A stretch of 63,864 nt of DNA, counting the filler, from Octopus bimaculoides (Eukaryota), in NCBI RefSeq assembly GCF_001194135.2. It is 5 parts of 5 records of this genome, joined end to end, with 100 filler letters (N's around TTAATTAATTAA, not from the genome) between each part and the next. Parts side by side here need not be neighbours in the genome. Positions count along the whole stretch, not along the records: positions 1 to 30,447 come from NC_068984.1; 4 more parts are not named here. One strand, written 5' to 3'. The notes beneath the pieces are model-generated. The model saw only the letters and a program-made list of their open reading frames with translations. It had not been told where the DNA came from and did no database searches. Both the position numbers and the translations under genes were made by a program. Of the stretch, positions 1 to 12,627 are shown in pieces (the stretch's first letter is position 1; every line of letters begins with the position of its first letter).

Positions 1-1
1 A

Positions 2-316
2 CCCACAAATCTGGTCGGTGGCTTTCAACAGGTTGTCCCGCAGAAATCTCCAATTGTCTTCCACGTTGTATGATGCTATATCCCCTTCTATTTCGTTAAA
101 TGCTTCAAGTAACTTGTCTCTAAGTCTCTGTCCGTTTGCAGGGTCTTTAAGCTTCCACACCCTTCTTCTCCAAGCCTGTCTAATTCTGGGCACCCATTTT
201 GCCTTGATCCCAAAGTCGCTAACTACTAATCTATGTTGTGGGGTACATTCTTCGCCAGGGTAGGTTTTGGCATTTATAAGCCGCCCTCTTTCCCTATTTC
301 TGGCGAGGATGTAGTC
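2..316 (-). mobile_element. RTE-clade LINE ORF fragment (endonuclease C-terminus and linker), 5'-truncated, running off the window start
   Basis: 105 stop-free codons: DYILARNRERGRLINAKTYPGEECTPQHRLVVSDF...VWKLKD...W..LRDNLLKATDQICG. DYIL and EECxxQHRLVV are typical of the RTE AP-endonuclease end. Confidence 0.85.
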
Positions 317-1915
317 GTAAATGGTTATGTGTAAATATCTATGTACAACATCTGGGGATTGCCATACATACCCCAATTTCACACAAACTATGTCCATCAG
401 ATGAGAGAATGAATTAACTTTTCCCCAACTAATATCTCCAGTTACTACTTATGAAGATATATATATATATATGTACTGAAAAATATTCCAGAGTCATTAT
501 TTTAATCTACCTATTCGGTGAATTATTTTCACACCAAAACTATAAAACCTTCCACTTATTCTGTGGTCATTTAGCTGTCAGTTGGTTATATTTTTCTAAA
601 GAAATCCAATAATATAGAAACATGTCTGGAGTTCTTCACAGAGCTACCAAAAATCTGATTTACTACTCTATCTTATTGCATGTCTCAGTTTCATTTTTTG
701 GTTGATTGAAATTTCACGAGTTAAAATTACCAGCCATTTTGACAGTTATTTTCATTAAAACGAACAAATTTTTCTTGTCATTACAGTTATAACTTCCATG
801 AATTCAAAAATATATTTGGTGTTCTGTATTAAGCATGGCAGCAAGCACTTATCTATATTCTTCATAGAGAAGAATACCCTCAGGAAATTTTCCAATATCA
901 CTATTTTAAATAAGAGGAAACACAGGCATTCAGATGATGTTTCTCTCCACACACACAGACACACACATACACACCCACATGTATGCACACACAGATACAT
1001 AGATACATGTACATATACATGCACATGCGTGCACACACACACACACACACACATAATATATGGTTCACCTGAAGCACTGAGATATTGGAAAATAAGTATT
1101 TAATAAGTATGAGAAGACATTACAATGCAAATGGAACTGTAAAAAATAGCTCCTTATATATCAAGTAAGATACCTGTTGATGTCAGAAAAAAGCAAACAG
1201 GAATTGAACCAGATATCTGTTGCATTATGGATGGTCATGATTAACCATTATACCAAAATGATTGAATAAATCTTGACCATCGAAATTACAAGCATTAAAT
1301 GGACAAGCCAGAAAGTAAACACTTTTATTTGGTTCACTTGAAGCATTGATAAATTTTAAAACAAGTATCTAAGAAACTGCAACAATGGATTTGTAAGTAA
1401 TAGTTCTTATATTTCAATAGCTTAGATATTTATTTTCAAATTTCCCAATGCTTCAAAGCAAACTAAATAAAAATATTTAATTTCAAGCTTGGCTAGTGAA
1501 AGCTTCTAATTTTGATGGTTGACAGTTGTCAGTTTGCCGAGGTGTAATGGTTCTGGCAGTCATCTCACATACAATATCTACATGATTTGAATTCCATTGG
1601 TGAGTCACTTCACTTTTTTTCCATCAAGGGATGTCTTATAAATATAATACATGAGTTTGTGTGTGAGTGTGTGTGTGTGTGTGTTTGCGTGTGTGCATGC
1701 ATACGTGTGTGTATATATATATATATATATATAGGTAAAAAAAATCACTGAATAATATTTCTTTTTTCAAAGAAAAGTTTGACATTTAATTCAAGATACC
1801 AGCTCTCTAAATCTACCTCAAACACATACACAAAAACTAAATATGTGACACTGAATGATATTAATAAAGTTGTTAAAATATAGTCGTCAATTCATGCATT
1901 AATAATAGATGAGCA

Positions 1916-2011
<96 letters not shown>

Positions 2012-2325
2012 AAACAGGAATGTGAAAAATTCTTTCGGTATTATTTATTCATCATTATTATTTTATTTTTTGAAAAATTTCTAAAATGTCTTACATGTTT
2101 ACCCAACATGTACAATTTTGTGATACCTGTAAGCAAATGAAACATGTGTAATGGTGAATAAATAATACCAAAAACATTTTCTGGATTCCTGTTTTGCTAT
2201 ATGATAACTCTACAAACAATATTTTCAGAATTTTCAACTCTAATATGTACCTTCACATTAATACAACAACAATAACAGATGTGCTTCAAGAGGACACAGA
2301 CTGGATTATAACCCTACCTACATTA

Positions 2326-2391
<66 letters not shown>

Positions 2392-2542
2392 GAATGTACA
2401 AACCCAAACAGTTTCTATTACATTCAGCAATATGAAGAAATGTGAGACATCAAACAGGTTTCTATAAATGATTTAGTTTAACTTTAAAGAAAAATAGTTA
2501 TCTTTAAAATCTCCCCAACTACAACAATAAAAACAATCCTAC

Positions 2543-2692
2543 CTGAAATCTTGCAGTGGTTGTCTGTAACAGTATTTGAGGAGGTTCAAAATCCACAACT
2601 TTTAATTTACTCTTATGAGAAGCCATTTTATGTAACAATTTTCCTTTGCTTTCCAGCACAGATTTTTGGTTTTCTGTTTGTGAGAAATGCTC
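2543..2692 (-). CDS. SYNE1: Nesprin-1-like exon (EHFSQTENQKSVLESKGKLLHKMASHKSKLKVVDFEPPQILLQTTTARFQ)
   Basis: CTTTTCGCAG acceptor and CAG|GTAGGA donor; 150 nt, phase 0-0, open; continues HK|EHFS in frame. Not in the ORF track. The gene continues beyond the window start. Confidence 0.8.
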
Positions 2693-3080
2693 CTGCGAAA
2701 AGATTTTATCAAATCCATTTATGGTTTATCTGAGGATACGATCATGGAGATTACAAACTGAAACAGAAGTGGATCTAACGATGCAGGAGTATTTCAAATG
2801 GATACAATGGTTATCAGGGTTCAAGTGGTCAAAACTGCTTGTGTTGAGAATGATGTATGAAATTCATAAAACTTCAAGGTCTTAGGGGAAATATAAGAAA
2901 GGAAAGAGAAATATATGGATAAAGTTTACATCTAGTTTCCATTACAGCTCAAGAGGATTCAATGGACCAAAGGCCCACATCTTGTTAGAAAAAGGATTTC
3001 TATGGCTGGATGTCATTCTTAATACCAATCTAAAGCTATATTCATATAATTTTCTAGAAATAATACATTTCTAAATCTCT

Positions 3081-3406
3081 CAGAGAGATTTATGCAGTAG
3101 TGATACGATGCAGTAGTTGTATGCTGTCAACTTAATATGACAGTCCCCTGAAGGGAATAATACTGCTGTTGGTTAGACTTAGGAAGCTGCACCGCTTCCT
3201 GTCGGCCTTGACACATTTCCTGTGTCTTTATATTTACAAGGTGGAAGTGCTTGTCTCCCCCTTGTAAGCATAAGGACACAGGAAATGTGTCAAGGCTGAC
3301 AGGAAGCGGTGCAGCTTCCTAGGTCGAAACAACAGTAGTATTATTCCCTTCAGGGGACTGTCACATTAAGTTGACAGCATACAACTACTTCATATAAATT
3401 TTCTGT
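3081..3406. repeat. Long palindromic (MITE-like) element
   Basis: ~130-bp arms (3112-3241 vs 3260-3389) with few mismatches and an ~18-nt loop; degenerate extension to 3081/3406. Confidence 0.85.
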
Positions 3407-5386
3407 TTTAAAGTTTGATATTATGTTATTTAGCCCCGGGTCATCCCAAATTAAGCAGATTTATGATCTAAAACTTCAAACATGAATATCTACTATATCT
3501 TTAGCATTATATCTAATGCTGATTTCAAATTTTGGCACAAGGCCAGCAATTTCAAGGGAGGGAGATAGTCAATTACACTGACTCAAGTACACAAGTGGTA
3601 CTTATTTTATAGACCCTGAAAGGATTAATGGCAAAGCTGACTTTGGTGGAATTTGAACTCAGAACATAAGGACAGATGAAATGCCACAAAGCATTGTGCC
3701 CAGCATGCTAACGTTTCTGCCAGCTTGCTGCTTTATATCCAATATTACAAACATTATACAGTACAGCATAAACATCTTTGTTAAGATAGTAGGGTGTAAT
3801 TTGAAGGAAATTTGGCATTTATTTCTTGCAGGCTAAGATACCATGTAGGTACACTTTTCATTGTTTCCTTTTTTAAAGATGTTGTTTTGTTGTTTAGTAC
3901 CAGGTCACCTCAAGTCAACAAAACATATGATCAAAAAATTTCAGAAATGACCAATTCATCTTCATTTTTTTTGTCTTTTCCGGTCAAAGTGTACTCTAGA
4001 TTACACTATACAATATGCCTTTCTTTTATTGCTGTAGTTATGGTTTGAAAACTTGATTGCTATTTCTAGCAGGTCAGGTAAGGCAACTATGTAGAAGGTT
4101 TTTGCTGGTCAGTTTTGCTTTTCTTTTTTTTTTCTTAGGTGTAATTTGTGATTATGCTGATTGTTCTGAAACAAAAAGGATTTTAAACATTCTATAACCA
4201 ATATGGATGTGGTGAATAATGACACTCGTGTCTGTAACAATAATGACAGAAACACAGAGATGACAAAATGATCAGGAAGATATATCATCATCATCATTAT
4301 TATCATCATCATTTAGCATCCATTTTTCCATGTTGGACAGCTCTACAGAAACTGGGAAGCCAGAGGACAGCGCTAAGTCCTATTGCTCTTCCTAATACCA
4401 ACAACGTCAGAATGAACTGGGTGCTTTTTACATGACACCAACACAATTGAGATCACCAAATAGCTCACAAAACAAAGACACCTCAACTGAGGGTGTGCAG
4501 TACTGATAGAGGTGGCTAAGTGTCTGGTAATGAATGGTTAAAGTATAATAGAAAGACAGGAACAAGTTCTTGCAGCAGAGAGATACATGGCTATCCCTGT
4601 TGGAAATTTGTTTGCTAAATCAGTTAGATGTCAGACCAATATCTAACTGTGAAAATGAATTCCAAAAATTGCATTCCTCTTTAATTTTCTATGTTCTTCA
4701 GTACATGTTACTTTAGTATTCCTTCTAAAAATTGAAATTGTATATTTTAATGTAAAAGTTGTATTTATGACAGGTATTTAGGATTGTGTCCTAAAGGTAC
4801 CAAATTTAATTTTGATTGATAAATTTAATTCTGATTGATAGGATAGAAACAGGTTCCTTGCTGTAAGGGAAATACAAAGTTACCCCAGTTGAATAAAAAA
4901 AGATGGTTGGGAAGATATAATGCGTGATGTATCAATGATATGAGTTAATATCATCAACAAGTAATATCAATATCAACACATATGAAAAAAACCCACAAAG
5001 AAATCAATATCATTATTCATGTTTAATATCCATAAATACGATTCATATTTAATATCAATAGATATCATTGATGTTAAATATTTACAGAAGTAGACTATTG
5101 AATATTAGTTTGTCCCTCATAAAAAAAAAAAGTAAATATCAATGCTAAGCAGAAATTACAGAGATTAAACATAACTAACTATATTGCTTCCTTTCTTTGT
5201 ATTATATTCTTACATTAAGTCTTTTATTAGCTGAATTCTATTGAATTGAAGATGACAAGATAAACTGTATGACACCATCTTGTTTTCTTCAACTCCTTTT
5301 TGTACTAATCACTTGTAAGTCATCATTCAAATTTATCTGAAATCTCTTCATATCAAAGCTACAAGAGTAAAAAAAATTACAATTAC

Positions 5387-5710
5387 CTTATGAGCCTCGA
5401 GCCAATTTTCCACTTTATCAAAGTTTTCATTTAATTCGTGCTCTTGAATCAGAGATTCTCCAATGTCTAACCAAGCATTTATTGCAGTCATTCCATGTTC
5501 AAATGATTCTATATTTGGTAAAAGTATTTTCACATATTTTATTTTTTCAGCTATTGACTTTTTGTTGGACTTAAAAGTTTCAGTGTATTTTTTCAATGTT
5601 TCCAAAATTTGGTCGACTGATTCTCTGGGACTTGTTTTAGCAAGTGAATGCCCAGTCCTGGTGGTAGATTTCAACTTATGCTCCATGTCACTGACTTCTT
5701 TGCTGGACAC
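5387..5710 (-). CDS. SYNE1: Nesprin-1-like exon (VSSKEVSDMEHKLK...AINAWLDIGESLI...WLEAHK)
   Basis: TTGCAACAG acceptor and AAG|GTAATT donor; 324 nt, phase 0-0, spectrin-repeat-like. Confidence 0.9.
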
Positions 5711-5864
5711 CTGTTGCAACAAAAACAACACAAATTAAAAAAAAAAAAAAGAACAAGATCATCAGGAAGTGTTAACATGTTTGCACTATATTTCTGTTGA
5801 AATACTGCTTTTGTTTCAATTAATTTTGGAAATAGTGAAGACTTTAGTGAAATAGCTGTTGTTA

Positions 5865-6080
5865 TTAACCCTTTTCTGTTGAAATATACTACCTTTGTTT
5901 CAATTAACTTTAAATAATAATGAAGAATTTAGTGCAACAGCTGTCATTATCAAACTGGTGTTTGAAACATAAATTAACATGAAATTTTGATTAAAGATTT
6001 TAATTTAGAATACTTTAAAACAGGAAGGATTTACTAGTGAATTAGTGGTAGTCTCAGCAAGGTTAGTTTCCAAAGGTTAA
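5865..6080. mobile_element. piggyBac-like MITE; related partial copies at ~5780-5865 and ~6453-6600
   Basis: Begins TTAA-CCCTTT and ends AAAGG-TTAA; no coding capacity. Confidence 0.6.
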
Positions 6081-6084
6081 ATAT

Positions 6085-6400
6085 CATCATCATCATCGTT
6101 TAACGTCCGCTTTCCATGCTGGCATGGGTTGGACGATTTGACTGAGGACTGGCGAAGCAGATGGCTGCACCAGCCTCCAATCTGATCTGGCAGAGTTTCT
6201 ACAGCTGGATGCCCTTCCTAACAGCAGCCACTCCAAGAGTGTAGTGGGTGCTTTTGCGTACCACTGGCACAAGGGCCAGTCAGGCGGTACTGGCAACGAC
6301 CATGCTCAAATGGTGTTTTTACGTGCCACCTTGCACAGGAGCCAGTGTGGCAACACTGGCAACAACCTTGCTCGAATATTTTTGATATATTTTTGAAGAC
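6085..6400 (-). mobile_element. RTE-related short retroposon ending in (GAT)n; copies at ~4305-4500, 19260-19460, 21370-21645, 30270-30447 (minus) and ~22985-23340, 28940-29070 (plus)
   Basis: Minus strand reads GGAAGGGCATCCAGCTGTAGAAAC...GCATGGAAAGCGGACGTTAAACGATGATGATG. Confidence 0.75.
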
Positions 6401-6873
6401 ATACTCAAAGCGTTTCCTTAATCCATTCATGACAATATTTCTGTTAAAATACATTAACCCTTGTTGAGAATAATGAAGAGTTTAATGAAATAATTGTCAT
6501 TATTAAGCTGATGGTTTAGAATATAAGTTAACATGAAATTTTGATGGAAGGTTGAATTTAGATCACTTGAAACAGGACAAGAATGCTCTCAAATGGATTA
6601 AATAATATGCTATGGCCCCCTACAAATATTAAAAAAAAATTTTCTCCCCAAAATTATGAACCATGAATAAGAGACAGAAACTGAGCTTGAATTCTACTCT
6701 CACGCTTATTTATATCTTCATTCCTTGTTAATTTTAATTAATTACATTCTTTTATTCTTTCATTGGACTCAGTCACTAGACTGTGGCCATGCTGGGGCAC
6801 TGCTTCCAAAAATGGCTCTTTTACCACTTGATCATATCAACCCCAGTATGTTCTTCAGTCTGGTACTTATTTA

Positions 6874-7054
6874 CCATATTTTAACGTGTTATAAGGAACC
6901 CTTTTTCATTAAAAATTAGGTTAAAAATACATGGGAGTTTCTTATACATGGATAGTATTATAATCCCTTACAAAAACTTTTTTTCCAAATTTTAAGCCTA
7001 AAAAATTAGGGAGTTCCCTATAAACGAGGGCTCTTTATACATGTTAAAATATGG
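6874..7054. mobile_element. pogo/Tigger-like MITE
   Basis: Terminal inverted repeats CCATATTTTAACGTGTTATAA / TTTATACATGTTAAAATATGG, with TA on the left flank. Confidence 0.55.
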
Positions 7055-7135
7055 GGATAACTCTCAACAATATTGGTTTTTACCAAAAAGAAATATAACT
7101 AGACACACTGGTTTATGCTGCTGAACATAACAAAA

Positions 7136-7175
<40 letters not shown>

Positions 7176-7743
7176 ATACAAATATTATTTTATTGGCTCA
7201 ATTTAGAAGAAGGGACTGTGCTCATGACTGATACATGATCGAAGATACATAATTGACCCTGACTGACAGAGGTCTTTAAAAATAACCAGTGAAGTGATAT
7301 ATCATCCATAATCTAAAAGATGTCTTTAACTAGATAACTGGGTAGCAAACTAAAATTCTGGAGCTGCAAAAATGGTAAACACACATCATAAAAATGATTT
7401 ATTAAAAACAGTCATGTGTAAGAAATAAAAATAAACAAGAGTTATAAGCATTTTCACACACACACGCACACATGTGCACGTGCATATGACAAGCTTTCCT
7501 ACAGTTCTCATTTGCACAAATTCACTCGTGATGCATTGGCCACCTCAGCGCAATAAAAGAAGATATTTTCCCAGAGTGCAATGCAGTGAGCTTGAACCTG
7601 AAACAATGTGACTGAGAAGGAGATTTCTCTGCCACACACCCACAAGAAGAAATAAAACATTTATTTTATCGGGGGCCCTTTAGAGGCTCCACTTTTTTTT
7701 TTTTCAAGCAATAAAAGACAAGCTTAGAATAATATAAACTTAC

Positions 7744-8058
7744 ATCTAATTCTGCTTCATAATTTTCCAAACTCTTTTGGGTGCAAGGTATAGTCTTATT
7801 CAAGAATTCATTGGTTCGTGTTAGCCACACAGCCACTTCTGTTACTCCATCTTTATAAGATTGTGCCTCTTCACCTCTCAGATCTTCCAAATATTGATGG
7901 TAAGAAATAACTATGTCTCTAAAAGCTTGGTTGATTCTTTCCATTTCATGGTTCATCTTGGCTATCACTAAAGGCTCCACAACATCGGCAAGGTAAAAAC
8001 AGGCTTCATTGTAGGTTTTATGGTGTTCTTGCCAGTCAGGCAAGTCTTGGAAAAAATT
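7744..8058 (-). CDS. SYNE1: Nesprin-1-like exon (NFFQDLPDWQEHHKTYNEAC...LENYEAELD)
   Basis: TTTCAG acceptor and GAT|GTAAGT donor; 315 nt, phase 0-0, spectrin-repeat-like. Confidence 0.9.
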
Positions 8059-8264
8059 CTGAAATAAAAATAGAAGTAAATATGATAATATGACTTTTTT
8101 TCTTCTAATGAAGGACCCTCACCAAAATGCTATTATTTTATTTTATATTCTATCCTAACTCTTCCATTTCTCTTTCAGTTTTTATTAATATTTTGGGACT
8201 TTCAGCTCTACAACACCAATATCTGCTTGGTCTATGGCCTTCCACCACTTTCTATGGTTTATTT

Positions 8265-8310
<46 letters not shown>

Positions 8311-8524
8311 ATATATATATATATATATAGTTCAAAAAAACAATAACAAAAAAACACAAAAACACAACAAAGTGAGGACGTGATATGGATAGTATTATTG
8401 GACGCTCAGGAAAGGAAAGAGAGAGTGTATGACGTTTCGGGTGTAGCCCTTCGTCGGAAAGATGGAAGTATGTATGTATATATATCCATATATACACACA
8501 CACACACACACATATATATATTAT

Positions 8525-8877
8525 TCTTATTCTTGTTTCAGTCATTGGATTGTGGCTATGCTTGAGCACTGCCTTGATGGATTTAATCAAACATATCAAC
8601 CCCAGTTCTTATTTGATCTATTGAACTCTTTTGCCAAAACTGCTAAAATATGAGAATGTAAACAAACCAACACCGGTTTTCAAGAGGTGGTGGAAGAAAA
8701 CACAAAGACACACACATACACAGCAGGCTTCCACACAGTTACTGTCTACCAAAATGATTCACAAGGCTCTGGTCAACAACGGCCTATAGTAGAAAACACT
8801 TGCCCAAGGTACCATGCAGTCGGACTGATCCCAAAACCATATGGTTGAGAACCAAACTTCTTAACCACACAGCCATG
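8525..8877 (-). mobile_element. SINE family A, diverged copy
   Basis: Reverse-complement head, body and tail motifs of family A. Confidence 0.75.
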
Positions 8878-8954
8878 TTTGCATCAGAATATTCAATTAT
8901 GATATTTACTAAACATTAAACTTCTATCCCCAGACTTTGAGGTAATTTGTTTAC

Positions 8955-9103
8955 CAAAATGTAGTAAGAATTTGCTTCCTAACCACATGGTTCTGGGTTC
9001 AATCCCACTGTGTAGCACCTTGGGTAAGTGTTTTCTACTATATCTTTGGGCCAACCAAAGTGTTGTGAGTGGATTTGGTAAGGTGGAAACTGAAAGAAAC
9101 CTA

Positions 9104-9143
<40 letters not shown>

Positions 9144-9365
9144 GTCTGTGTTTCTTTGTGTCTGTGTTTGTACCCCACCACCACCTGGCAACCAGTGTTG
9201 GTGTGTTTATGTCCCTGTAACTTAGCAGTTTAGCAAAAGGAGATCAATAGGATAAGTACCAGGCTTTAAAAAAGAAAAATAAGTCCTGGGGTCAATCCAT
9301 TCAACTAAAATTTTTCAAGACAGTGCCCCAGCATGGCCACAGCCTAATGACTGAAACAAGTAAAA
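8955..9365 (+). mobile_element. SINE family A
   Basis: Head, (TG)n and tail motifs as in 12406-12845. Confidence 0.85.
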
Positions 9366-9495
9366 AAATCTTTTTTTTAAATAAAAGAATTTACCAAAAT
9401 TCTTTAATTACTCAATTCTTTAATTACATGATGGATTACATCAAAGAGCATACAAGAACAGTTCATCAACTAATCATCAATGTTTTATGCATTAC

Positions 9496-9701
9496 CTGCT
9501 TCTCAGGTGATGGTTTCTGGAGAGCTTTTTGTGCATCAGATAACCAGGCATTCAATTTTTGGTTCAGAACGTCATGTTGTTTCCAATATTCTGCAGATTC
9601 ATCAAGAACTTTACCAGACGTTTCAATATCATTATATAGTTTATTCCATCTCTCATCACAGCACTGGATAAATTCATGGATGTCATCAGAATTTTCATTA
9701 C
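9496..9701 (-). CDS. SYNE1: Nesprin-1-like exon (GNENSDDIHEFIQCCDERWNKLY...YWKQHDVLNQKLNAWLSDAQKAL...EKQ)
   Basis: TTCCTTTTACAG acceptor and CAG|GTAATG donor; 206 nt, phase 1 to 0. Spectrin-repeat RWxxL and WLxxA motifs. Not in the ORF track. Confidence 0.9.
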
Positions 9702-10394
9702 CTGTAAAAGGAAAAATATATAAATGATTAAACTCTTTGAAGTTGGTAAGTTCTCAATAAGTTCTTACCCTATGAGGAGAAGAATTGGATGTTTCAGGGG
9801 TTAACCCTTTGTTTAAGAGAAAAGGGCTTTTTTCAATTGAAGAATGGCTGTGAGTTAAGACAGGGCTGGCTCAAGGTGCTGGCAACTCAGACAGTCATCT
9901 CGGGTGTCGTATACTTGGAGGTGCCAAAGAGGATGTGACAAAGACAAGGGAAATTTCCATGACCATCAGCTTGTACACACCAAAGTTCAGCTTGCCTGGG
10001 GCACCAGCAAACCTAGGGCTGACCCTGGGTTTAGACGCTTACTTTCCACCATCATAGTTTCAGTTTCTATCCCACATGTATGCACATATGTATTTATATA
10101 GTATTGCAGACTGAATAAAATTAATACTTTATATGTATAAAGGTGTAGGCACAACTGTGTAGTTAAGAAGACTAGCTTCCCAACCATGTGATCTCAGGTT
10201 CAGTCCCACTGTGCAGCACCTTGGGCAATTGTCTTCTATGATAGCCCATAGCTGTCCAAAGACTGGTGAGTGGATTTGGCAGATAGGAACTCAGTGTGTA
10301 TATATGCATGTATGTGTGTGTGTACCAGTATGTGTGTGCATCAGTGAGTACATTAGTGTGTGCATGCATCAGTGTATATGTGTATGTGCATCAG

Positions 10395-10463
<69 letters not shown>

Positions 10464-10795
10464 TCTAGTGGTGGTACGTGTTTTTGGAATGGTATTGATC
10501 AGTTTACAATTTAATGCCTCAAACTTTTAATCCTCAAAACAAGTAACACTACTGAACTCTTTACACACACACACTTGCCCTTACCTCCATACACATTCAG
10601 TCCACTCAAAAAATCAGAAGCAGTATCCATAAAATAAATAAAGATACCAAGAAATAAACATTTTACTATCCATAACTTACACAAAAATCCACACCGTACT
10701 CATACACAAATGCATGCAAACACACATAGAGAGTCCACTATACCACATAAGCACACACACCAGAGCACACATATGTATGAATGTACACTCATACT

Positions 10796-10854
<59 letters not shown>

Positions 10855-11410
10855 TATATCACAGTTCCATTNNNNNNNNNNNNNNNNNNNNNNNNNNNNN
10901 NNNNNNNNNNNNNNNNNNNNNNNNNNNNNNNNNNNNNNNNNNNNNNNNNNNNNNNNNNNNNNNNNNNNNNNNNNNNNNNNNNNNNNNNNNNNNNNNNNNN
11001 NNNNNNNNNNNNNNNNNNNNNNNNNNNAATCTTTCAAGCTTAGTTCATGATGTTAAATTTATTTAAAAACCAGGATACTGGTCTATTAGAAAAATTGAGA
11101 AAAAAAATGAGAAGAAAAAACGTGAAGAAGGTTGATGCAAAAAGTGGAATAAGAAGAAAGAAAAGCAAAGTAAGAAAACTAAGATTTTTATCCTTGTTGA
11201 CTGTAGAAATCGTAATTAATGTGGCTGGTACTGAATAATATAACAGAAAGATTGCTTGGAGATACATGGCATTGCTATATAAAACTGCCAATATAATGTA
11301 TCTTAGAGCATGAAACTATTAGCATCTCTTATATAACTGTGCACATTAAATGATACACACACACACACACACACACACAATGTAATTTCTAAATGGTCAA
11401 ATAAACTTAC

Positions 11411-11504
11411 CAACTTCTGTCTTTAGATAGACATTAGCAGTTGATTTCAAAGTTGTAGAAGTACTTTGGTAAATTTTATCAATTCCTCCTTGTACAACAA
11501 AATC
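11411..11504 (-). CDS. SYNE1: Nesprin-1-like exon (DFVVQGGIDKIYQSTSTTLKSTANVYLKTEV)
   Basis: TTCCAG acceptor and G|GTAAGT donor; 94 nt, phase 0 to 1, exactly the phase change needed between its neighbours. Not in the ORF track. Confidence 0.85.
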
Positions 11505-12170
11505 CTGGAATTACAAAATATAAGTTAAGTAATCTGAATACAGGATACATAGAATATGTGGTTTAACATCTTTAAAAAAATGACTAAAACAAGTAAAAGA
11601 GTAAAAGAGTAATTCTGCCAGCTCACTTCCAGTAATATTACCAATCCAATCATACCATGAACCAGTGAAATAGCCCATTTGAAGCTTATCACAAAATGAC
11701 AATATTGTTCCCAAAATGGATGATATAAATAATCAGTCTTGGAGATATCATTGAAGACTTCATCTTCATAAAGTGTTTCATAGAAGAATACATTAGGAAA
11801 CTGATGCTTTGTTGTCTGAAACCTATTTAAGGATTTTGGCTTGGTGATAAAATCAAGTCAAACAGCTGACAATTTTGCAATCCCTAAAATCATAAATCAT
11901 TCATGTGAAGAAACTTCAAACAGTCACCTGTGACTTGTCATGGGACATTTTACATTGTAATATACTTTTATTTCTCTTAATTTGTTTTATTTATTTACTT
12001 ATTTATTTGCTGCTGCTACTGCTACTACTACTTGAAATGAACTGGCACAAGCTTAGCATAATGCCTAAGGCAGCATATGGAACCAGTAACAGGATATGAA
12101 CTGTTGAACACATTTCTAACACATTGTTGTTAGATCAGTGTTCAACCAACTCAGCAACAAGTGTCTACAG

Positions 12171-12557
12171 TAGCGTTCCTCAACCTTATTACCCTTGCAT
12201 AACCCTTCAAATAAATTACATGTCTCAAGGAACCCCTGCACAAAAAAAAATTATATACCATATCTTTCTCATATTGTTTCATCGTAGTTCACATGGTAAA
12301 TATCATATACATTATGTGTGTGTGTGTTCATCATCGTTTAAACGTCCGCCTTCCATGCTAGCATGGGTTGTGTGTGTATAATTATATTATATATAGGCAT
12401 AGGAGTGGCTGTGTGGTAGGTAGCTTGTTTACCAACCACATGGTTCTGGGTTCAGTCCCACTGCGTGGCACCTTGGGCAAGTGTCTTCTACTATAGCCTC
12501 GGGCCGACCAAAGCCTTGTGAGTGGATTTGGGAGACGGAAACTGAAAGAAGCCCGTC

Positions 12558-12627
<70 letters not shown>

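Noticed and set aside
18-263. Plus-strand 81-aa ORF
   Set aside because: It is the antisense shadow of the RTE ORF on the minus strand.
5463-5738. Plus-strand ORFs overlapping nesprin exons (also 9323-9727 and 2551-2733)
   Set aside because: They are antisense shadows of true minus-strand exons.
12406-12480. tRNA-like A/B boxes in SINE heads
   Set aside because: They continue into SINE bodies and lack a complete cloverleaf; these are not tRNA genes.
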